A DNA stretch of 58,124 bases, the filler included, from Asterionella formosa (taxonomy: Eukaryota), in NCBI GenBank assembly GCA_002256025.1. It is 4 parts of 4 records of this genome, joined end to end, with 100 filler letters (N's around TTAATTAATTAA, not from the genome) between each part and the next. Parts side by side here need not be neighbours in the genome. Positions count along the whole stretch, not along the records: positions 29,148 to 43,598 come from NKIB01005972.1; positions 43,699 to 58,124 come from NKIB01005997.1; 2 more parts are not named here. The stretch is one strand, 5' to 3'. Shown in pieces: positions 34,956-46,876 of this stretch (position 1 is its first letter; each line of letters begins with the position of its first letter). The position numbers and the translations under genes were made by a program. The notes under the pieces were generated by a model. The model saw nothing but the letters and a program-made list of their open reading frames with translations. It was not told the DNA's origin and ran no database searches.

Positions 34956-36452
34956 GCTGTTGGAATCTAATGAAATTATAATGAGGGAGCTTTGTTTCTT
35001 TCAAAGTGATGGCGGATAATGAAACTGATATTTGTATGTAGTGTGAATTACCGGTTCAGTTGATAGATGCTCTCACCGGCGCATGGACGCATTTTCATAA
35101 GATATGATGTATACGACCGTATCACGTATCACCATCAGGTTGCGATACTCGTTTTCTACCAGGGTACCTGGTACCTAGTACTGGTAGTCATAGCTGATGC
35201 ATATTGATAGACGATTTTGGATGGTGGAGACCACCACATACCGATGATACAGTATACATAGCGATCTAAAGAAATATGAGATGCTGGTTATGAGGCACAT
35301 CATTTTTGAGTCAGTCGTATGTTATGATATGCACCTAAGATACCAGTATGTGTTTGCATATATGTATGATCAAAACATGCCATTCGACTCCGATTGCTCG
35401 TCGCCGGACGAGCTGATGCCATCACTCCCCACCACCTCATAATTAACTGTGAACAATCAACCATGAGAGCAGTTTTGGTATTAAATTCGTGTGATACCGG
35501 TACATATGCGTAATTCTTGTTTCCGCTTAACGGAAGTGTCATCTGCAGTTCAACGTTGCTATTGGCTGCAGCACATGCATACGTTGGTAGAAGTATCTGG
35601 ATGTACACCGGTCGTATTGTGAATATTTCCTGGTGTACCTGGTATCTGGGCGTGGTACTGTTGTGGGGTGACGACGTCGTCTCGATTCGTATGTCCGCCG
35701 CCTTGTGGTATGTTGGGCTTCGCCATAATCACATGTACATTAATTTGCGTTATGAATCATGTGCATCCATCGGCCGTATGATATGTACATGACGAGAAGA
35801 AAACATAAAATAGAAAAAGTCAGCCCAAACATTGCCGTTATCGATATACTGTGTCTACCCCCACCACTTCTATCACCATGGACTCTCCTTCATCGACTAA
35901 AAACATTATGCAAGCTCCTCCAAGTGAAGACCCCTTTGCTGATTTGGATATCGTTGCGCCAACGACGAAGGAATTGCCATCTCCAATGGAATTTGGAAGT
36001 GGAGCAGCGGTGCCAACCATCACGACGACAGTAACAACAACGAGCGACGAACCAAACAAGGAGTAAATAATTATCTTATATTACTCGTCCCCTAGAAGGG
36101 TACACGTGTGTTTAGTATACATCGTGCCACGGACAGCAAGAAAGCAAATAGATAGCAATATAATAATACAAAGAAGACTATAGAGACGAAGATTGTTACA
36201 ACATTCAACTGACTTGTGAAATATAAATAGAATCAAAAGTCGCTGTCGTGTAGAACACTGGTAGTCCTTGGCAAAATGCGGTGCGGTTAGGTCTATCTGT
36301 ATCGACAATCCTTCAATCTAAAGTCTTTTCCAATAGCTAAGGATTCTTTGAGCTGAGCTTGCAACGCACCATGTGATCTTAACTGTTGGGTGATGGGCAA
36401 TCAAAGTTCCCTTCACTGCTCCTTGTGAGACTCAATCATTGTAAAACGTGCA

Positions 36453-37946
36453 TCACAATCCCGCTGCCACTGATGCCAATTTGGTTCGAATGGGAGTTAC
36501 TTGATTGACCACTTGCATACCCACACTTTTCGCATGTTTCCATACAGTTGATTCAGCAGCAAAGACTTGATGGAGTAGGTGCATTCCGGCTAATTTCATT
36601 TGTACCACTTGCTTTCGTTGGCTGTTGTATTCAGATAAAAAGGTTGATAACTCCATACCACTCCCATGAGCCTTTTCAATAGTCCGACTCAGTACATCAA
36701 CATCTTCCAGCCCCAAATTCAATCCTTGACCTGCCATGGGATGAACCATGTGAGCTGCATCACCCACTAGGGCGAACCTGATGTTGTTATTGTTGTCCTT
36801 GTTTATAGTAGAAGTACTACTACCAATGTACGACGATACATGTCGACATGACAATGGAAATGTCATTCGAGGTGAAATGACAGTCGCAACTTTAGGTGGA
36901 GCCATAAATCCTGTATCATGATAGTCTGTCCAATGCCTCATGGCCAATCCATAATGTACTGTATCCACAAGTCGTTCCATTCCATACAAGACATTTTGTA
37001 CAAGCAATGATGATGACAATGTGGTGGATTCAAAGAGTGGTTCAGGTCGTTGAGGACCCACTTGGAGAGTTGAATTCACCAGGTCCACCAACAAGTCGGT
37101 ATTGTCACATTCCTGATACTTTTTGGCCAATTCAGGGGTCGTACTCCACACTACCACAGCATGGTGAGGACTGTAGGTGGGCAACAATGCCATGGGGCCA
37201 TTTGGCAAAAATCGTTGAAAGGCACGCAATGGCATGGGCTGTTGTAGTTCCACGGTACATGTTAGTGCCGTTCGACCATAGTCCCATCCCAACCATGGGA
37301 TACCTAATCTTTGACGTACCCAAGAGTTACCACCATCTGCGGCAATGACTAAGGATGTGGTCAAACAACGATTATTGGTCTGAATCGTGGTAGTACTGCT
37401 GCTGGTGTCTTGCTGCAACGACTGGAGCATTTCTTCCCGGTACAGCACTGTGGATTGTAGTGATGAGTGCAGAAATTCCACCAACACCGCATCTTCAACA
37501 CACGCTCCAAGAGAGCAGTCATGATGGTTTGGTAAATCGTCTGCTGTAAACACTAACATTCCTGGAGATTGTTGTTCCCATATTTGCATCGACTTGTAAT
37601 GGCCTAATTTGTCCGGAATGCCATTCACGACATTGAGTAATTCCATGGACTTTGGGGATAGGGCATAGGATCGTGGGTGCGGGATGATGCTTCTGCTACT
37701 GCTATTGGGGGCAGCAGCAGGGCTTTGTTCGAGTAACGCAATACTCATGGAAGGTCCGCAGCGTTCTTCAAGTAACTTGGCACAAGCAGATCCGACGACT
37801 CCACCACCAACAATCACGACGTCGTAATGCTGTGTGGAGACATGACGACGGAGTACCGGTGCTACTAGTAGTGGCGATGGTGACGAGAGGCGCTTGGGAA
37901 TGACCAATCGCAGTAGGGATGTGCACATCATTGTCATTCTAGTCAT
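36453..37946 (-). CDS. COQ6: Ubiquinone biosynthesis monooxygenase COQ6 (UbiH/COQ6 family)
   Basis: DVVIVGGGVVG, IAADGGNSWVR, AFQRFLPNGPMALLP, LVGDAAHMVHPMAGQGLNLG; mitochondrial-type leader. Confidence 0.92.
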   Translation of the reverse strand: MTRMTMMCTSLLRLVIPKRLSSPSPLLVAPVLRRHVSTQHYDVVIVGGGVVGSACAKLLEERCGPSMSIALLEQSPAAAPNSSSRSIIPHPRSYALSPKSMELLNVVNGIPDKLGHYKSMQIWEQQSPGMLVFTADDLPNHHDCSLGACVEDAVLVEFLHSSLQSTVLYREEMLQSLQQDTSSSTTTIQTNNRCLTTSLVIAADGGNSWVRQRLGIPWLGWDYGRTALTCTVELQQPMPLRAFQRFLPNGPMALLPTYSPHHAVVVWSTTPELAKKYQECDNTDLLVDLVNSTLQVGPQRPEPLFESTTLSSSLLVQNVLYGMERLVDTVHYGLAMRHWTDYHDTGFMAPPKVATVISPRMTFPLSCRHVSSYIGSSTSTINKDNNNNIRFALVGDAAHMVHPMAGQGLNLGLEDVDVLSRTIEKAHGSGMELSTFLSEYNSQRKQVVQMKLAGMHLLHQVFAAESTVWKHAKSVGMQVVNQVTPIRTKLASVAAGL

Positions 37947-39458
37947 GCGTCGCCCTGCCGGTGATTAATATGATTCTGATTTTATGACGTTTTTTGATAC
38001 ATCAGAAGAAGCATTTTGGCTTTTTGTTTGTTCACCATATCATTTCGTCCTTTCTGACGATGATGATTCCGGTAACCAACCCGGAGGAAAAAGTTCGCTT
38101 TTCGGCAATGTATTGCTTACCTTTGATAGTTGTTCACTGTGTACGACAAACTGCTACCTGGTACCCTACCATCCATGTTGTGTGTTATACATATTGTATG
38201 TTAGCAACCTGGTACCAATACCTGAGTGGCACTTTCAAATTATCGTGGTCAAAATTAGAACAAAAAAGTTTATTATTGAACAATTACCTTGTCTACCGGT
38301 ATGCTAGGCTAGATATAGGAGCGAAATAGGAATGATTCATTGTCGATTTTCGTGGAGATATTGAGTTCAATCAGTTCATCATGGTCAAGACACAGATAAT
38401 GAATCATCAACCCCAAACTAGCTATGACTGTACAAAATCAAATTTACTTATGGATGACAAAGGATTCAGATGCCTTGACAGGTACATCACACGTTGGTCT
38501 TCATATATATCTCAGACTTGAGATTCATGTGCTGATCCCCTAAATGCTCTCCCCATTATGCCAACCATACAATATACAAATACATAATGTGGTTGTGTGT
38601 CCCATATGTCCTACTACATATATAGCTAGCACCAGTAACTGTGAAGAAGCAGTACCAGTGAAAATGCTGTCACAAACAGGGACCAGTATTTTATTCTAGA
38701 TAACTTTCGAGTACAGTAAACAAACATTAGGCAAACTTGTGTGCACCTGTTAAACTTAAACTACTGGGACAATGGTAGGTCTGATGCCTCCAGCGCAAGC
38801 CATATTTTAAACCAATTAAAATGCACAGTGATGCATTATGGCCGGAGGCTGAAATGAGCAGGGATTTTGTTCAAAAGTACCGGTATATTACATATAATGG
38901 TAAGTACTGTACCTGTGGGGATATGTGTATGAAATTTGAATGCGTAGGAGCATACCGATATCTAATAGGCATTTGTACAACAACAATATACATAAATATT
39001 TAGGTAATAAGAAGAAATATACGTATTTGCAATTCATAAAATTGATTGATGGTGGGTTTGGGAAGCAGACCATAGCAATCAAACATAGTTTTCCAATGAT
39101 ATCGCTCAAATATAATTGCTATTGTTTGCTTGAATTTCGGTGCATGAACAAAGAAGTTGAGGCACCAATAGAACCGCAGCAACCTGGTTGTTCAACGCGA
39201 ATTGTAACCATTACATTAGCTCTATTCATAAAAAGGAATATAGAATCATTTTTTAGCCATACAAGCTAGTGTGCTTGCTATTGCTGTGTTTCAAATATTT
39301 TCAGAAATTCTCTATTGCTGTAGGACAATATAATGTATTCGTTTCTTGTTAAAATAGAAGACGAATATTGACGTTGGTAAAAGAATTATAGATATTTCTT
39401 CGTTATTAACGTAAAGTGATTATCCTCATACTGTTGTGGGTTTCGCAAATGAGTTATT

Positions 39459-40152
39459 GGGTCCAAATCAAGGTACACCTTGTATGGGCATGTCCAAAAC
39501 AAGGTGTACCTTAAATTGGACCTGATTGGTTAACCAATACAAGGTGGATGCAAAATAGTAGAACCAATGCAAGGTTCACCTTGTATTCGATATTAAACCC
39601 TATTTCGGAGAAACTAAAACTTAGTATGCTGTTTTAAAGCAGCCCATTTGTATTCCCCTCTTCCAAGGCAATTATTTCATTGTGCTACCTGCCAACAAGA
39701 CCTGTGCTCCCCTAGTTTTTAGCGTAGGTGATTCCCAAACCACCTTTCGCGAAAGGTGATCGTCTTAGCCGCAGCGTCAGGGGAAACTCCGACCGCCAAG
39801 GAAGGCGGCACAAGCTGCTCGTAGGGGGCAACCCACTATTTATTGTACATCAGGCAAGACTGTGCGGGACAGCGTGGTAAGAAGGATTGTGGGAGTCGAA
39901 GCCAACAATGCAGATGAAAAAATTGCGGTATTCAAAACACACAACCTCAGATCAAAGGCAACGTGCAAAAAATCTGAGCCATTCCCCTCTATTTCGGAGA
40001 AACTATTCATAACTTGAATTAGAAAAAACTTCCGGTCATTTCATGAAATACTTTGTATTGGAAAAAACGAGCCTTTTGCCTTGTATTGGAGAGAGCATGG
40101 ATTCGCAAACATAGCGACGAAGCTAGCCAATACAAGGTCAACCTTGTTTTGG
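39459..40152. repeat. Palindrome-rich element (CAAGGT-N2-ACCTTG units) interrupted by the SINE
   Basis: Units at 39469, 39500, 39570 and 40133; half-sites CCAATACAAGG/CCTTGTATTGG; 63-bp imperfect palindrome at 39460-39522. Confidence 0.7.
39617..39988 (-). mobile_element. tRNA-derived SINE, copy 2, with 17-bp TSD
   Basis: Perfect direct repeat CTATTTCGGAGAAACTA at 39600-39616 and 39989-40005. Minus strand begins AGGGGAATGGCTCAG. Homologous to 30246-30560. Confidence 0.85.
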
Positions 40153-41932
40153 TAAATTATTTTTTCACCCTGTAATGGATTCCAATAAAAAGCATTTTCG
40201 TTTCCTGTATATACCCCCAAATTCTCGATGGAGTCAAATCAGGAGAAACATAGTGCATTAGTAGTATACAAATTTTCAGTCTGATCAACAAATCGTTTTG
40301 TAAGTACCCTGGCATGTTGCTAGAGTTTGTACATGTTAAGTGCTCCATATGAAGTGTCCGTTGATCAATTAATTAATATAATGCATTAAGATAATATATT
40401 GATAAATTCAAAAACACATTATGGTTATCAATTAATCTATGAGATCCTAAATCAACTACCGGTAGGCTTAGTTATGTGAGCTGTATTCATGTTATACATG
40501 CTGGCATAGATGTGATTCAGTGGTGCTAAAGCTGAAACCACCAGATCTTACTTTCCTTTTACCACTGGTTTTTGAGTTCCATTTTAATTGACTTTGACTC
40601 CTTTACCCTTTCATTGTCTACGCAAATCTGACCAACAATAGGCATGACTTCATTTGATTTGCTCAATTCAATATCCCACAAAAAATAATAAAAACTATCT
40701 ATGTGGTTTAGGACGAGACTGTGCTTTCTTGTCATACCAAAAGGAGAGCCGATGGTTCTTTGGTTCCTGTTGGGGCAGAAAAATTGTGTTGTGGAGTATC
40801 TGGCTTATTGATTTTAACTGGCTGAGTGTGTTGGTAAGCGACTACTCCATGAGGAGCAGGTACTCTGTGTGTGGTTTTAGTGTATCAATGAATCGTCATC
40901 CCTGATGGTCTGGGTGATGTTCTCTATCTGTGATAATCTAGTTGTGGAAGTGATTGAATAATGTATCATTGATGTTACTATTGTGAAAAATTTGGGGTGT
41001 TGAATGGCTTTGAGGCCTTTACATGGTCCAATTCTGTTGAATCCACAAAACAATTAGATAACAATATCTGAACCAATTTGTATTTTTTCTTGGTCCTTGG
41101 TTTTCTTCCTTCATCCATCACAACCACTTCCTTGCAGGACTTGGTAGATTCAAGTGGGACACTTATGGGTGACACTACACTCTGAGACCTTCATTGGAAA
41201 ATGACATGAAAATACTTATCAGACATGACACATTGGATTTGTCACATGACGCATCTTCCACATCACTCATTTTCTCAATGTAATATTGGATACAATACAC
41301 TGAACAGAATATTCATGACTATTAACGCTCCATGTTTTCTGCTAGCAGTTATCACAACTTCCCTTAATCCACAGGGGTTTTCCATTTATCACGAAAGGTT
41401 GACAGCTTTTTGAAGGAATCGGTTTTCTTTTCTTTATTCATTCTTTGCGACCTCCTGGCTCGGTTATGAGCCCCTGGACTGTCACATTTGGGAGGGAAAG
41501 GTTGCTTTTTTGCAGTGGAGGAGGTAATAATGTTGACAATGCTTCTCTCACATCATTGGATCAAGTTGGAGGTATGCTGGGTGGTATCTCCATGTTCCCT
41601 CCCTCGTCAGAACAAAAAGAAGGTATGTAAGGTGATGGTTCGAACATTTTTTGGGTAGTAGATGCTTCTTGGTGGAAAAGATTTTCAATGTTTGTGCTTT
41701 CTATAAATAAATATATGTATATATTCATTTTGAAAATTAAAGCTTATAGTAAGTCAAAGCAAAGAGAGAAGAGAGAAAACATGAAAATTATAAAGAAGTG
41801 ATGAAGCGAAAATGAAATCATACAGCAATCCTCCTGCAAGCACTGGTATGCATCCTCTTTCACCATGAAGGGCGATGTATATTTACAGCTAGGTCATCTA
41901 ATGAAGACGTTTCAATAACACTGCAGCTACAG

Positions 41933-42200
41933 ATGAAAGAATCACAAGAATTAACAAGAAATGTATGGAGATAGACGAAAATGACCAACATCCACCCAGC
42001 AGCATCATTGAATTGAGGAAGGCTTTGACGATGTCCACAAATCCAAATCAGATCCAAACAGACCGTTTCTGTCCCAACTGTACCTCTACATTACATACTG
42101 AACAACAAACAGATGAAAGAACCACAATAATTGACAAAAATCTCTTGGAAAAGACCAAATGACCAAAATCCATCCAACAGTATCATTCAGTTGAGGAATG
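41933..42200 (+). repeat. 180-bp tandem repeat unit (about 1.5 copies)
   Basis: AGATGAAAGAA at 41931 and 42111, with continuing similarity; same family as 936-1170. Confidence 0.75.
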
Positions 42201-42659
42201 CACAGATAGGTTCTAGGAAAGACACAATGAAACCTGCAAGACAAATTTTTTTCATGAACCTGGCTTCACACCCTGATGGCAAAACCTTTTCCTTACAAGA
42301 CTCCTACACAAAGGGGTGACCACCCCAAAACTTTCCACTGCTCCACCACGTTTTTCTGAGCCATGGAGTACAACAAATACAATCCTGTTGCTAGATAAAC
42401 TGAAATCATACCCAACAACAGAGTCAAGCATGGCAGGCTGACATTGCCAGACATGCATCAAAGGGATGCAGAATGATGTAATGATGGTTTGTCACAAGAG
42501 ATTCGAAGATGTTTAACTATTATCACTTCTGCAGAGGAGGTTCTTCACTCAGGTGGAATGAAAACATTAGTTGTAGCTTTTACCATCTATACCAACAGTT
42601 TTTGGTGTGACTCAGACTAATAGGAAGTTTGCAACACAAAATGAGAGGTGCCGCATCAT

Positions 42660-42950
42660 TTCTCATAATCCAATCATCTCGAGTGGTGCAGTATCATTTC
42701 TCATAATCCAATCATCCTAGCATTGATGACGCATTACTTTGGCAGTGATCCCAAAGGAGTATTTGGTGCAACACCATTTGAGGTGCTCCATCAACTGTTA
42801 CTTGGCCTATTGAAGTACATTTTGGATTTGTTATATAATTATCAAACTATTCCTAAAGATTGGGAATCATTTTTTAAGAAAAGGAGTTGTCCAGAAGTAC
42901 CAAACAGGTACTCTGAGGCGAACGAAACAGGTTTACCTCCAGTAGACCAG
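42660..42950 (+). pseudogene. Plavaka/CACTA-like transposase fragment
   Basis: FGSDPKGVFGATPFEVLHQLLLGLLKY resembles the conserved '(D/E)xLHQ...G' block of Plavaka-type transposases. Local 25-bp duplication at about 42655/42693. Confidence 0.5.
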
Positions 42951-42952
42951 GA

Positions 42953-43598
42953 TCATGCTGGAGCCTTGGTGGGAGCCTTCACAATCGGGGCCTTGGTTGA
43001 AGTCTTGGTTGGAGCTTTGGTAGGAGTCTTGGTTGGAGCTTTGGTAGGAGTCTTGGTTGGAGCTTTGGTCGGAGTCTTAGTTGGAGCATTGGTTGGAGCT
43101 GGGGATATAACTGGAGATATTGTTGGATTTGGGGTTGAGGGTACAATTAAAAAGTAAGCAGCAGAAATGGGACCTTTAATGCCCCCCTTATCAGTAGCTT
43201 CGAAGTAAATGGTGTGGCGGCCGACGCTGTAGCTAGATGCCTGAATGTTGTAGGCGCCTGTGCCAGGATCGGAGCTTGAAGGGAATCCACTGACCAAGAT
43301 ACCAGATCCACATCCGATGTCGTATGGGTGCACATCAACCCAGAGCCTAACAGAGGCAATGCCCTGATTGGATGAATCGAATTTTTCAGCAGACCACAGC
43401 AAGTCGCTGGCTGTCACACCAACTTTGAGAGTGCCATTGGCTGCCACAGAAGTAGCCCCGAACGTTATACTAATTACATCAGGACCCTTTGGAAGCAAAT
43501 ACGGCGCACTAGCAATCTTAGCAGCATATGTAAGGGCCCCAATATTCTTTGGGACAATGCTGTTGTTGAAATAGTTGCAGTCTTGGTAGAATGCAGTG
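42953..43598 (-). CDS. 3' part of an M14 zinc-carboxypeptidase-like protein with PT-repeat tail (5' end lost at scaffold end)
   Basis: Frame open from the gap: TAFYQDCNYFNNSIVPKNIGALTYAAKIASAPY..PKGPD, beta-rich domain ending GRHTIYFEATD..G.KGPISA, then (APTKTPTK)n. Confidence 0.65.
42960..43100. repeat. 12/24-bp coding minisatellite (PTK repeats)
   Basis: GGAGCTTTGGTAGGAGTCTTGGTT-type units in tandem. Confidence 0.9.
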
Positions 43599-43698
43599 NN
43601 NNNNNNNNNNNNNNNNNNNNNNNNNNNNNNNNNNNNNNNNNNTTAATTAATTAANNNNNNNNNNNNNNNNNNNNNNNNNNNNNNNNNNNNNNNNNNNN
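43599..43698. other. Artificial scaffold linker
   Basis: 100-bp N/TTAATTAATTAA/N spacer. Confidence 0.97.
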
Positions 43699-45191
43699 TA
43701 CCGGTAGGTACTGCTACATTTGTTTTATACCGGAAATCTCTTCCAACTAGACCTACTGCCTCCCTCTGTCCAATATTAATAAGTTGCATCGATAATTCAA
43801 ATTTATCCGGGGCCTTTTGGAATCCTACGATTTTCTCTGTATCAATTGCCCTACCGGTATTGTGTGGTTTGCATTTATAATATATACCGGTTTGTAGTAA
43901 TTTTAAAATTGGCAATTATTCACAATCTTGAGCTTGCTAATGGGCAAGCTGGAGTTATTTAGTAATTGCAATAAAGATACAACCACGATTTCACACCCAT
44001 CGCTGCGCAATGGACTTCGATTTCATGTTCGTCATGAATATATGCAACGACGACAACAACAAGATTATGGATGCATGAGTACATAAAGTTTATCCATATG
44101 TATGTTTTTTATATAGAACATTTCACTTAAGCTAAAATTATGTTGTACTGGTAGATAAGATGGCTACCCAATGTACACGGTAGTGTCTAGATGCATCAAG
44201 ACATAGAACCACGGCAACTTGTGTTCAATCATGGAAGAATGCGCAACCCAAAGTAGTGATTATGGAAGGAGGAAAACGACAGCATGCTCGTTTCGAGAAT
44301 TGTAATACCCCAATTATTTGAGTGGCCAGAAAATATAAAACAGGATTTGGCGATATCTAGATGTGGTAAGTAATGCTATATGTATGTTCAATTGGCTTCG
44401 AATAAATTAATGAGATGCTAATAAATGCTAATAATTTAATTATAGAAACAGAGCACATGTTCACGTCTATGTAACTCATTAGTAAAAACGCATTTTTCGA
44501 GCACGCCGACCCTCACGTCGAAAGTTGGTATGTTGACCACGTAATCCTTCACACGCAAACAGTAAAGACAATGCCGGCAGTGGTGCCGGCGATTTGAGGC
44601 AATTGTTTTCGTCCAGAGGAAGTTCCTGGTACCTGGTACATGGTTCCGTAAATGTTGCACACAGTGCAGGACTTTTGTCATGAGCTCCTATGATATAAAA
44701 CTGAAACGCGGGAAATATTTTATTCCTGGTCAAATCCATCAATCGAAATTATAATATAAATTGATGCTACAAAACGTCATATTGTCAGTTTACATCAGGA
44801 AGAGTCGACAGGGCACCCCGTTCCCGAACACATGGACGATTTATTTTTTAGGTGTGTTTATTTCCTGTTAATTAAGTGGCATGTTAAATTTTTTTGTATG
44901 CAGGATCCACCAAACAGTATGTTCCCAGATATTTGATAGAACCTGGTATCAGATACCGGTAGATGTTCATTGTTTGTACTTGCTACCAGGTACCAGTAGC
45001 AAATTAAATGTCCAACTTGGTATCGAAATCTCTCATGCATTTTTATCTCGGTCATCCGTCGATCATTGGAACCATCTTTGCGCGGTCATACTTTGAAATT
45101 ACCTAAGTATAATCCCAGAAATCATTCTATTGGTTCGGTTCAAATTGGCAAGTGGACGGTTGCTTAAATACATATCATAAATGTATACAGG

Positions 45192-46876
45192 ATGGAAGTC
45201 TTCATGCATTATTCATTCCCATTATACAATTATACCGTCTCGAGTAAGAGATGCAGACAACTCGACACAACAATGCAGACAATTCAAGTACCGAAGTACG
45301 GTATGTTTTCTACTGATTTCGGTGTAGACATCGAATTTATGTATAAACAATCCAGCATTCATAAAATAATGTCGTCGTTTGTAAAACTTAAAACATCCTG
45401 TATAAAACGAATCCGACAAGATTTGAAAGCAACGCCATACCTTGGAAAGATGGCCCTGAATAAAATGACTTCAGAAGAAATCATCTTGAGCTCTGGGGAT
45501 TCCAATCAAAAGTCTAAGAAAGGTCTATCCAACGGTGAGAGCAACAGGTCGTCTCATTTATCTTTCCCCCATCACAATCCCGATGATCCTAACGCAGCCG
45601 CCATAGTTGGAGCAGAGCTGAAAAACGATTTGAAATTTGATAGAAAAAAGTGTGAGAACAGGAAAGGTGAAGGCGCATTCATCCTTAAAGACTACAGCCA
45701 AATGCTACCCGCTAATGGAAATACTGCCGGAATATCAAACATGATAGTCCAAAAGCTTCCGGTCAAGCTCGTTGCCATTCTAAATGATCAAGCCAGCCAG
45801 GACATAGTCTCATGGCTGCCTCACGGTCGGGCGTGGAAGATTCAAAATACTTATCTCTTCGTTAATCAAGTGCTTCCCAACTATTTTGACAAACCAAACT
45901 ATAACTCGTTCATCAGATTGACCAATGCATGGGGATTTCGACGCATTACAAGGGGTGTTGATAAGGATGCATACTATCATGAAGTGAGTCTCATTGCAGC
46001 TATGTTTTATAAAGAATTAATCGATCGGATTCGTAACTTATATACTCACTCGTTGTTTAGCTGTTTCTTCGAGGCCTACCGCACCTTCATTCCCGGATGC
46101 GTAGGTTGACTCCAAACGACACGAAGACTCCAGTGGCGCCCGAGGACGAGCCCGACTTCAACAAGATGGGTGAGGTTCGACCATTTCCTTCTGACCTGTC
46201 TCGAACTCCTTTGCGGACCGATGTTCCTCCCTCTCTTCTCCCGCAACCACAACAGGGAAGTGGAAACATCGATGTGCCATTATTACGGCAACAAGGTTTG
46301 TTAGGCTATTCGACAGATCCGACGAGCCAATTGTCTAATTTACTTGGAATTGCTCCATCATCGGGTCCACTTCCATTTAATCTGAGTGTCAGGCAATTTC
46401 CTGGAATATTGGGATTTCCGATGAATTCTGTGGGTGGCTATTTGGATGATGGTGTACTTCGATCTGTTGCAACAACGAGTCGCGAGAATCAGACCGACTA
46501 TTCTCCGACACTGGGACACTTTAATAGTATCGAAAGGCGAAACGTCGAGCTGGCCTTAAATCTACAGGAGATTCATTTGCAAATTGAGCATCTGAGAGAA
46601 CGAGAAAGGCGATATGATCTGGCTTCGTCGTTGGCCCCTCCCGACCATGGCCTTTCTACTCGATTCGAAATGCCAGGGCTTCTATCATCTGCGCCAGGTT
46701 TGTCCATTCCGGGATACAGTTCAGCAATGCAGATTTTGAGAGAATATGACGCTCAAATGCGCGAAGCAATTATCATGCAAGGTAGACGTCGAGCAGCCCA
46801 TAACATGGTCCGGACAGTCCATAAAGCCAATCTAGACGGGGATAAGACGAAGTATAAGATGCCCAGGAAATACTAA
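45192..46876 (+). CDS. HSF-type transcription factor, 2 exons (intron 45984-46060); true start uncertain
   Basis: KLPVKL...IVSWLPHGRAWKI...SFIRLTNAWGFRRI..G.D..AYYHE joined by a 77-bp GTGAGT...TTTAG intron to LFLRGLPHLHSRMRR...EPDF. Confidence 0.92.

Noticed and set aside
42723..43157. 144-aa ORF with LVGA/LVGV hydrophobic repeats as a membrane protein
   Set aside because: Chimeric: a transposase fragment running into the antisense of the PT repeat.
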